64,000 nucleotides of DNA from Tubulanus polymorphus (Eukaryota > Animalia > Nemertea), in NCBI RefSeq assembly GCF_964204645.1, contig NC_134027.1, positions 12,060,485 through 12,124,484 on the forward strand. Direction: 5' to 3'. The notes under the pieces were generated by a model that was given only the letters and a program-made list of their open reading frames with translations, did no database searches and was not told where the DNA came from. Positions 40,269-50,684 of this stretch are shown here, in pieces; the first letter of the stretch is position 1, and each line of letters starts with the position of its first letter. The position numbers and the translations under genes are program-made.

Positions 40269-42667
40269 TGACTTACAGAGTGATGAAGGCAGTGATTTTA
40301 TGATATCAGAAAGTGATTCTGATGAAGAATATTTACCCAGAGAAGTAAACCAGGGCCTTCCATTTATGGATAAAGTTCCGATGCCAGAAAAACTGGGAGA
40401 AGATAACAGTGACAGTGATGAAGTGCCCTTTCAAGATGAAGCTGATAATGATGATGGTGAATCTGGTCAGATTTGTGATGTAAGGTATCCCATCTTCATA
40501 AAAGAAGTAGACAGGAGAGCAAAATTTGTAAAGAAATCATCAAAAAAAGATTATACAGTTAAGCACTTTTGCCATCTCTGCAACCCTCCTGCAATGAAAA
40601 CAAATATTTCTAAGCATTTTTCAAATAAACACAAAAATCATGATGATGTCAAGCCAATTCTAGCCCTTGATGTCAAAGAAAAAACGAGGAAGTTTACCCA
40701 GTTAAGAAATCAAGGTGATTGGCAACACAACAAAAGTGTTCTTGAAAGAAAAGAAGGTGAATTGCTTGTCTCAAGGCGGCCAACAGATTCAAAGCTCTTC
40801 AACATAAAGGAATATGGACCCTGTCTGGAATGTTACGAATATTTAAAACTCACTGGTATGGGATTGCATATGCAGAAATGTCCAGCTTGCTCAGAGAACA
40901 TGGCAACTAAATCAACACTAGTCTTTCTGTCAAAAGTTTTGGCAGGTGAAATACGTAGCTCTGGTGCATCAAAACTAATGAGAAAACAGGTTTTTCCCTC
41001 AATGCGATGCGATGACGTTGGAAAGATTGCATAGAATGATAGGATTATTCTTGTTCTTGGTGACATCTGGCTTAGCAAAAATATGAGAAATCGAACAAAA
41101 CGAAAAAATTATGCATCACAGCATATGAGGGCAGCTGCAAAACTACTACTAGCTCAGCGATCTATTCAGTCATCTGGTGAAGAATATAATCTCATGGATT
41201 TCATCAAACCACAGTATTTTGATTTGTGCGTTGAAGCCACATTACAGTGCGCCATGCACCACTTTGATGATGAAGATGATCTTAAGACGCCTTCTAATGC
41301 TGTTAAGATGGGATATGACATGGATAGAATAATTCAAGCTAAGTTAGGAGTTGCCATTCGTGAAAACGATGAAGTAATGAAAAAGGAAGCACGAGAGTTT
41401 ATGGAATTGAAGAAGAGTGAGTGCGAGATAACACGTCTAGCACTCCTCATACTTGTTGAAAGGAGATTCAACAAAAAAAGTTACTCCCTCTTCCTTAAGA
41501 TTTAAGAAAATTAGCTGTTTTTCTAAAAGATTCGCTTGAGAATTTGAATCCGAAAGAAATGAATTGGGGGATGTATGACAAAGCTGTGATGCTGCTTCAA
41601 GCGAGGCTTGTCACTTACAACAAGAGACGCACTGGTGAAATTGAAAATGCAACGTAAGTTCAATCCCATTCAAAGCTTAAATTTTTCCATTAGCTGAACC
41701 TCAAAAGATTTCTGGACAAGGGCTGTGAGATTGATTATGAGAAGGATGGTTCTTTCGTTCCTCATTCTGCTTGGTAGCCATGTTTTAAACAATTGACATT
41801 AAAAAAATTGCAACCTATTAAGATTGTGTTGATTTTAGTGTTAAACAATTTGAAGATCGCAGCACACAGCTCAATGACATTGAATCTGGATTGGCAGCTG
41901 ATCTTACTTGTCTCGAGACGGAGTGGCTTCTACCCCAGCATGTCATGGAAGTACGGGGAAAAGTATGTTTAGGCTGTAGAAGCACAAAGTTTTTTACTTG
42001 TTTGGAAATATATAATTTGGAAGCAAAGTTTGGGTGTAATTTCAAAGAGCAACAATGACAATTATTTGCCATTCTTACATTATTTATAGCGAAACAAATA
42101 ATAATGTATTTTGCTCTTCTGTAGGGTCATCGTCCAGTTCCACTGATAATTCCAACTGACTGTATACCAGCGCTTAAATACATTCACAATAAAGATGTAC
42201 GGAAGCTTGCAGGTATTCGGGAAGACAATAATTTTCTCTTTGCCAGTACTGGTAAGTTGAATTCAAATAGGCAAATAAGTAAATAGTATTTTTAGATTCT
42301 TTTATTTTGAATGAGTCACATTTTGTTAGAATTATGTGATTTATTCAATATTTATGATTTTTTAGGATCATATGCTGTGAGACCTTATAATTCATTACTG
42401 AAAGTATGTAAAGATGCCATGTTGGAGGAGCCAGAGCGCATAACAAGTACCAATTTGCGTAAATTCATGGCAACCATGACACAGGTTTGTTCACTATTAT
42501 CTTACGAAGGCTGTTAAGTTCCATACACTCTCGCTATTTGATTAAGAGTTATCTTTAAGAAAGCATAATATTTAAGAATATTTCTGCAGGGAACTATTTG
42601 TCAAAATAATATGATATTGAATGACAATCACTTCATATTTTTCAAGAATTATCTTTTAGTTAGTCAT

Positions 42668-42826
42668 TGTTGTTAGATGTGGACTTGGGCTTTTTGGAGT
42701 TAGAAAAATTGAGGGGATAGCGAAGGGATACCGAGCTCGGTTGCGCGTGTGCATGGATTGTGTGTTTAGGAATTAGTCTTTTACAATGCGTGTAAGAGGC
42801 CTTACTGGAAATTAAGGTGATTATCA
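42668..42826 (+). repeat. 5' LTR of the copia element
   Basis: Nearly identical to 47617-47774 (about 2 substitutions plus an indel at the start). Confidence 0.92.
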
Positions 42827-43079
42827 AATGGTAGCAGAGCGAAACAACTAAATTTGATTGGTAGTGCGGTGAGCTACTGTGGCTGTTGACATCGAGACGA
42901 TCGGCTGTGGATGGCAATTCGTCGACGTCGTCGGAGTTTGTTTCAATGTGCGAAAGTGGAATAAGGGCTTTATTCATCGTTTTGTTTAAAAAACAAAAAG
43001 GAGACGAAAGAAAGATCGTTGCTGTGTTTTGTGTGAGTAGCTGAGGTTTGCATCGGTTCGTTCGTTTAAATAAAATTCG

Positions 43080-46000
43080 TTGCACGTGGCCGTCATTTTT
43101 ACCTTCCGGTGGCGCCGCGTTGTGTTAAAAAAAAAACTAGTTACGGATTTAGATGTCAAAAAGCAGGCTTTAGCAGTGACGTTGACATTACAAGGACAAG
43201 CGAGGGCTGCTGCTCTAGAGCTGTCAACGGCATCGTTGAATGCTGACGATGGAATGAAATCTTTGCTTACAAAATTGGATACGGTTTTTAAGACTGATGA
43301 CACGGATATTGCATACTCAATATACACAGCTTTTGAGAAATTTAAACGGACTGAAGGTATGTCAATTAATGATTATATAATCGAATTTGAAAGGCTCAAC
43401 AACCGGTGTGTTAAACGCAACATGCAGTTACCGGAAGCTGTGTTGGCATTTAAAATCTTGGATGGAGCTGGATTACAACAAAAAGAGAAGCAGCTTGCTC
43501 TCACAGCTTCACCTACCCTCACATTAGCAAGTATGAAATCTGCTCTCAAGCCGATATTTGGAGAGGCAAAAGTCAAACAGTCTACTGATGACAATTATGA
43601 TGAATTTCAACGTTATGGTACTGATGTGAAGGTCAAAGGTGAAGAACATGATACATTGTATGCAAATCAGGAAAATCGTGGTGCTCAACATAGATCTGGA
43701 TTTGGCTCACGGGGCCGTGCAGGCTTTCAGACTAGACGCTCTAGTGTAACTAGCACGAATGTGCCGAGGGGCACGAATCCCATAGATAGATCTGGACGGA
43801 GAACTAGATGTGCTGTTTGTGGCAGTACTTTTCACTGGGCTAAGAACTGTCCGCATAAGGCAGATGAAGTGCATGCTATGCAACACGAAGAGGTTTCTGA
43901 TGAGGTTGTCCTTTTCGAGAAGAGCTCTGGACAAGACAACACAATTTTCATGACAGAGGCTCTGGGTGCCGCTGTTATTGATACTGGATGTACTAGAACT
44001 GTGTGCGGTAAGAAGTGGCTCCATGATTATGTTGACTCATTATCACCTTCCGAAAGGGATAAGATTGTCGTCACATCTTCTAACAGGTTTTTCCGTTTTG
44101 GTGACGGTAGAAAAGTACTTTCGTCTGAGAATGTTATCATCCCTGCAAACTTTGATGGTCATACGTGCCGTTTATCTACAGACGTCGTTGATGTAGATCT
44201 TCCTCTGCTCCTTAGCAAAGCGTCATTAAAAAAAAGCAGATGTCATAATATATGTAGGTAATGATGAAGTCCATATGTTCGGGAGGAATATCAAATTGGA
44301 GCAAACTTCTATGGGACATTACTGTGTTAATATCTGTAGTGATAGATATTATAACAATGATTTTTGTAGTGAAGCAGTATTGATCCTTCAGACTGCTGAC
44401 GATGTGAAGAGTAAAGAGAGGGCTATGTTAAAACTCCATCGTCAATTTGGACATGCTTCTTTAGAAAAGTTGAAAAATCTTCTAGAGAAAGCAGGAATCA
44501 GTGATGCAGAAACTCGTCAAGCTCTAGAAAGAGTCGTTACTCAGTGTCATTTATGTGAAAAGTACAAGAGAACATTAAGTCGTCCAACTGTCTCGCTACC
44601 CATGGCCTCAGATTGGAATGAGACAGTTGCAGTAGATCTACATCAGTTAGGAGAATCATTATGGTATCTTCATATCATTGATCTCTACATGCCATACAGT
44701 GCGGGTGCCATTTTAAAGTCTAAAAGAGCGCATGATGTTATGGATGAATTCATTAAGCACTGGATTAGCGTTTTCGGCCCACCAAAAAGATTGTTCAGTG
44801 ACAATGGTGGTGAGTTTATGAATGAAGAAATGATTGAAATGGGAGGACAGTTTGGCATCGAAATATTGACTACGGCAGCGTATAGTCCGTGGAGTAACGG
44901 AATTCGTGAAAGGCACAATAGGACACTAACTGAAATTGTTACAAAAATCAAGGACGATAGAGATTGTGACTGGGAGACAGCTTTAGCTTGGGCTCTAATG
45001 GCGAAGAATACACTCAGTAATATTCATGGGTATAGTGCACATCAACTAGTTTTCGGCTGTAATCCCAACTTACCATCAGTCTTATGTGACAAACTGCCTG
45101 CATTAGAAGGAAGTACCACAACTAATGGTATTGCAAAACACATTACGACTCTGTTTGCTGCAAGACAGGCATTTACTCTGAATGTTCTGAGAAGATAAGA
45201 AGGGCCCTTCGAAAACAGGTTCGAACTCACAATGATGAAATTTATAGAAGTGGTGACAAGGTGTTCTATAAAAGGCCCGACCAGTCAACATGGAAAGGAC
45301 CTGCTCGAGTTATTGGCCAGGACGGAGTTGTGGTATTTGTTCGACATGGTGGTCAGCTCATTAGAGTGCACACATGTTGGTTAAAAAAGGCTGTATCTGA
45401 GATTAATCATCAACCTTATGATGACAAACGTTATCAACAACAAGATAAGTTTGCCGTAAGAGATGAAACCGAACCGGCAGTTGTACAGTCAAATAATGAC
45501 AGTGATGACGAGAAAATCAACAACGAACAGGATTCCAGTGATAATGAGAAAGTTGACAGCGCATCTACTGGGACTGCGGCGCGACTTGAAGAAAAAGTTG
45601 TTGATAATCTGTTATCTGAGAACCAGACTTTGCCCAACACGGTCGGAAATGTGAACAGTTCTGATGACGCTTTGAATCAGGGAGTGGTTGATAATGAGAA
45701 GCCAACCTTAAAAAAGGGTCAGCAGATTAAATTTGAAGTAAATGGAAACACACAGGTAGGGACCATCATAGGCAGAGCTGGAAAGAAAACTGGACAATAG
45801 GGCCTATAAAGACTGGTACAATATTGCAACAGTAAATTCAGATGGCGAGAGATATCAGAGTTCAGTGGATATAAATCAGTTAGATAATCTTCAAGTTCTC
45901 GAACCAACGATTGACGATGCCGATGTATTAGTAGCGCAATATGGGATTTTTGACCAAGCTAAAGAAGCAGAGCTAAAAAGCTGGAAAGACCATGGAGTGT

Positions 46001-47415
46001 ACAAAAGAGTCAAAGATAGTGGTCAGCATGCTGTATCTACCAGATGGATCTGTAATATGAAAGAAAAAGAGGGTGTTCTGGTACCTAAAGCTAGACTGGT
46101 AGCGAGAGGGTTCGAAGAAAAAGAACTCCGCTGAAAGAGATTCACCTACATGTTCCAGTGAGTCGCAGAAAATAGTGCTAACTATCCTTGCTCAAAAAAA
46201 ATGGCTGCCCAAGTCAATGGACATTAAAAGTGCTTTTCTCCAAGGAGACAACTTTGACTGACAAGTCTTTTTGGTACCCCCTAGAAAGCCTGTGAAAATG
46301 GTTATTTATGGCAGTTAAAAAAATGCGTTTATGGTCTCAGTGATGCTTCTCTGTGTTGGTACAAGAAGGTAAAATCCACCTTGTCTGGTATGGGAGCAAG
46401 AATATGTCAATATGACCCAGCTGTTTTCTACTGGCTTGATGAGAATGGTCTACTTACTGGCATACTATTATGTCATGTTGATGATTTTCTATGGGGAGGT
46501 GATGAATCATTTGAAAAAACTGTTATCTGCAAGATTCGAGAGAAATTTATCGTTGGAAGGGAAGATGTACAGGCTTTCAGATATGTTTGTATGCATCTAA
46601 ACATATCGCAAGATGTCACGACTCTCGATCAGGATTTCTATAAGCAAAATTTAGAATTCGTAAAAATTAGTAGTGTCCGGGCACAAAACCAAAGTGATTG
46701 TCTTACTGAAAATGAGAAGACAGCAATGAGAAAAAAAGTAGGTCAGCTTCTGTGGCTTGGCCGTCAAACAAGACCAGATTTAATATTCGATGTCTGCCAG
46801 CTTGCATCCTCAATAAAGAAAGGAAAAGTTGGAGATATTTTGGCATTGAATAAAGTGATTAAAAGGGCTAAAGCTGAAAATGTCAGTATACAATTTCAGT
46901 ATCTGAAGAATCCTAGAATGTTGGTTTATTGTGATGCATCATTAGGGAATTTATCTGATGGCGGTACTCAAGGTGGCTATTTTATTTGTTTCGTCAGTGA
47001 GGATGGAAATATGTCACTAATATGTTGGAGCTCAAAGAAGGTCCGTAGGGTTGTGCGAAGTACCCTTGCGGGTGAGACGTTAGCTTTAGCGGATGCGGTT
47101 GATGCCGCCTTACCTTTATGCTTGATGTACACTGAGCTTATGTTTGGCAGAAAGGAGTTTGGTTTAGTTGATGTGATATGCCTCACTGATAGTAAATCGC
47201 TGTGTGAAGCAGTCGTTTCCAACAAAGCAGTCACTGAGAAACGTCTCAGAATCGATATAGCTGCTATAAAAGAAGTTATTGAAAATGGTGCGCTGAAAGA
47301 GCTGCGTTGGATCGACTCGAATAAACAACTAGCTGATTGCCTTACAAAAAAAGGTGCGTCAGCTGCGGGTCTGTTGCAGGCTTTGGAGTCTGGAACTATT
47401 CAGTGGACGCTATAA
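43080..47415 (+). pseudogene. copia gag-pol polyprotein (broken into ORFs 43080-44261, 44275-45198, 45261-45800, 45865-46134, 46381-47415)
   Basis: Zn knuckle CAVCGSTFHWAKNC; protease IDTGC; integrase HRQFGH..CHLC, VDL, SDNGGEF, ERHN; RT KARLVARGF, HVDDF; RNase H YCDAS, TDSKSL, QLADCLTK. Order PR-IN-RT-RH. Confidence 0.95.
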
Positions 47416-47461
47416 ACATTGTTGATGCCATGTAAATAGATAAGCCATGACTTATCAATTT

Positions 47462-47595
47462 TTGTAATTCTTCAGTAGAAAAGTGTTCTACTCCGTTCGA
47501 AAGTAACGACTTGTAATTCTTCAGTAGAAAAGTGTTCTACTCCGTTAGAAAGTTACGACTTGTAATTCTTCAGTGGAAAAGCGTTCTGCTCCGTT
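47462..47595 (+). repeat. Three ~49-bp tandem repeats in the copia 3' UTR
   Basis: ttgtaattcttcagtagaaaagtgttctactccgtt... occurs 3 times. Confidence 0.9.
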
Positions 47596-47616
47596 AAAAA
47601 GAAAGATAGATGAGAT

Positions 47617-47774
47617 TGTTAGATATGTGGACTTGGGCTTTTTGGGGTTAGAAAAATTGAGGGGATAGCGAAGGGATACCGAGCTCGGTTGCGCGTGTGC
47701 ATGGATTGTGTGTTTAGGAATTATTCTTTTACAATGCGTGTAAGAGGCCTTACTGGAAATTAAGGTGATTATCA
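47617..47774 (+). repeat. 3' LTR of the copia element
   Basis: TGTTAGA...TTATCA, preceded by the PPT. Confidence 0.92.
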
Positions 47775-49817
47775 ATCATAACTGTATTTTCTTTCAAAAT
47801 TTTTTTTTCAATTACGTCATGTCAAATTTCAGGTCTTGGATCTTTCAAATAATCAAACGAGAGATGTCCATAAGCATTTTGGGCACACTATGTAAGTGCA
47901 TGACATTCATTATGCCCAAACACTGGGGTTGACAGAACGAACCAACATAAGCAAATTGCTACTCCTTCAAGACTTTAACCTGTTTGGCGCCTATAAAGGA
48001 AAGAGTTTGAAAGACATAGATTTAAATGGTATGTTTGATTGAGAGTGAGTTATCTTTAAGAAAGCATAATATTTAAGAATATTTCTGCAGGGAAATATTT
48101 GTCAAAATAATATGATATTGAATGACAATCACTTCATATTTTTCAAGAATTATCTTTTAGTTAGATTTTAGCACTCATCATAACTGTATTTTTTTTCAAA
48201 TTTTTTTTTTCAATTACGTCATTTCAAATTTCAGGTCTTGGATCTTTCAAATGATCAAACGAGAGATGTCCATAAGCATTTTGGGCACACTATGCAAGTG
48301 CATGACATTCATTATGCCCAAACACTGGGGTTGAGGGAACGAACCAACATAAGCAAATTGCTACACCTTCAAGACTTTAACCTGTTTGGCGCCTATAAAG
48401 GAAAGAGTTTGAAAGACATAGATTTAAATGGTATGTTTGAGTGTGAGTTTTATGAGTCTAAGTGCAACATAGATACATGAAGTAATATAGGCGTATTATT
48501 TATTTGTGCTGTTTTTTAAATATCAGCATAATGTATAATGGTTGAGTTCCTAATAAGTGCAGTGGAAGTCAAGTCTTTGTGAATGTATTTTTGATAGGTA
48601 TTAAAACTGATTGCTTGTCTTATATATTAAAACAGATATAATACTTGGGAAAGAAAAGGAGGAGATTGAGAGGAAATATGAGGAATGCGTAAGAGAACCA
48701 GGTACAGTATTGTAATTTTCAATTCATTTCTTCATTCCTCATCTATACATTAACTGTTACCTGAGATGTAGATCAGCCCCCCCCCCCCATCAATGTAGAA
48801 TATGTTCTTTTCATTCTTAACATGACCTAAGTGTGAAGCAAAATGATGCTTATTTTCTCAAATTACCATGTTAAAGGGAAAATCTTGAACTCAATCAGGC
48901 AGGAATCAACATTATTTAATTTCTAAGCTTGATTGATTGAGTCATGTCACCTATGGCTTCTTTTTATACTTAATGAATAAATCAAATATTTTGATCACTT
49001 ATCACTTCTGTGTGTATTATTGATTGTTTATTAAGGATTGAGTTGGTGACATGAATTTTTTTTTGAATTAATTAGATCCTCTAGCCATTCCATCTACGTC
49101 CCATAACCAGATGCAAATGAATGAACCAGAAGCAGAGAATAAGAAGGAATCACAAGGTATTTTTGTAAAATGAAGTTAAGAGCCCTATAGCCTAATCCAT
49201 TTTCTTCACTCATTGATATTGTACGAAATGAGTTGTATTAATAGAGAATTAAAGGAAAACAATTTAGTAGATTCCATTTATCATCAATATATAGTTATCA
49301 TGTTATTTTCATTTTCATGTCAGTTCAGCCAAAAGGTTACTAATCATTCTTTTGGTCTTATTGTTTCAGTGAATTCACTATCGACTGCCAAGTACAACAA
49401 TGCTCGGAAAATGGTAAAAAGTTCCAGGGAATTACATGCACAAGGTAATTAGAAATTGGGTTCTGTTCTCTCATTTAATAATTCAATTTTTAATCAAATC
49501 GGCTGATCTTCTTTGGTTATTTCTGATATTGTTTTAGGTACGAAACATGCACACCAAAAATGGTCCGAGGAAGAGATGTCTGAACTTAAAACACTGTTCA
49601 AATCATTCTACGAAACCAAACAAACCCCTGGGAAAGTGGAAATAGATAGAGCTATGAGAAGTAGTAAATCCCAGGAAGGTCACATATATATACAGGCGCA
49701 CCTGGGAAACGATTAAGAAGAAAATAAACAATGACATCAAGAAACATGAAAAAAATTGAGACTGAATTCAGATTTTTAAGACTGTTAAAAGATGTTACTC
49801 TTCAATTAACTTAGCAT

Positions 49818-50570
49818 GTAGATTAGTCCATATTGAAGGTGGTACTACCATCTAGTTATCGTAATTAAGTCGTATACATCTTTTAGATTAGTCCAACTTT
49901 AAGGTGGTACTACCATCTAGCTATTGTAATTAGGTGGTATACATTTATTAGATTAGTCCAACTTTAAGGTGGTACTACCATCTAGCTTTGGTAATTAAGT
50001 GTTTTGCGTTCATTTGATAAGTCCACATTTAAGGTGGTACTACCATTTAGCTGTTGTAAGTAAATGGTATACATTTATTAGAATTCCCTTCAATACGATC
50101 TATGAAACCAAACAAACCCTTGGGAAAGTGGAAATAGAGCAATAAGAAGTAGTAAATCCCAGGAAGGTGACATATACGGGTGCAACTGGGAAATGATTAA
50201 GGATAGGATTAACAATGACATCAAGCAAAATTGAAAAAAAAAGCTGTTACTCTTCTATAATCTTATTTTGTCAGGCATCTGACTTGCATCTGATTGAAAC
50301 TGATACATTTGATTTTTTTTTAAATCTAAAAATATATGTTTATATATTTTAACTTGAAGTTGGTACTACCATCTAGCGATCGTAATTAGGTGGTATACAT
50401 TTTAGATTGGTCCATCTTTAAGGTGGTACTACCATCTAGTTATCGTAATTAAGTGGTATACATCTATTAGATTAGTCCATCTGTAAGGTGGTACTACCAT
50501 CTAGCTATCGTAATTAGGTGGTATGCATGTATTAGATTGGTTCAAATTTAAGGTGCTACTACCATCTACA
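49818..50570. repeat. Two arrays of a 65-bp unit (gattagtcca...aaggtggtactaccatctag...taattaggtggtatac), separated by a duplicated copy of the last YR exon
   Basis: Unit starts at 49821, 49886, 49951, 50016 and at 50405, 50470, 50535; ~50100-50240 repeats ~49608-49760. Confidence 0.9.
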
Positions 50571-50684
50571 TCATTGTTGGTACCTGTTGAAACCACTGAA
50601 GCAATCAAATAGTTAACAGCTTCCTTTTAATCAAGAACTACAGGTTTCTGATTCTGAGTAATTACTGCTATCTTCTTGTTAACA

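Larger units (their letters stand above)
42668..47774 (+). mobile_element. Ty1/copia LTR retrotransposon, GalEa-like, full length but frameshifted
   Basis: ~157-bp LTRs TGTT...TTATCA (42668/42671-42826 and 47617-47774); PBS TGGTAGCAGAGC (tRNA-iMet) at 42829; purine tract at 47596-47615; TSD remnant (g)tcat/atcat. Confidence 0.95.
38271..49759 (+). pseudogene. Spliced tyrosine recombinase gene (PWWP-like N-terminus, 24-aa repeats, Zn-finger-like region, YR domain, C-terminal Myb/SANT-like), disabled
   Basis: Exons 38271-38389 (WAKLKGLPKYVLWP), ~39557-41653 (CHLC..HFSNKH, LRNQGDWQHN..GELLVSRRP..YGPCLEC; YNKRRTGE), 41839-41962 (EVRGK), 42125-42251, 42366-42484 (TSTNLRK), 48235-48430 (HFGHTMQVHDIHY) and 49538-49759 (KWSEEEMSELKTLF..PGK). 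TAG at 41032-41034, frameshifts, and a copia insertion in an intron. Confidence 0.8.
36473..50684 (+). mobile_element. Intron-containing tyrosine-recombinase DNA transposon (CryptonV-like); right end not resolved
   Basis: Begins where the host repeat is cut, with a GC hairpin gcgcggt-tgcgcc-accgcgc; contains a spliced YR gene and 65-bp subterminal arrays; its sequence probably continues after the hAT insertion (54160 onward). Confidence 0.7.

Noticed and set aside
49818-50570. CRISPR-like regularly spaced repeats
   Set aside because: The whole 65-bp unit repeats with no unique spacers, there are no cas genes, and the context is eukaryotic.
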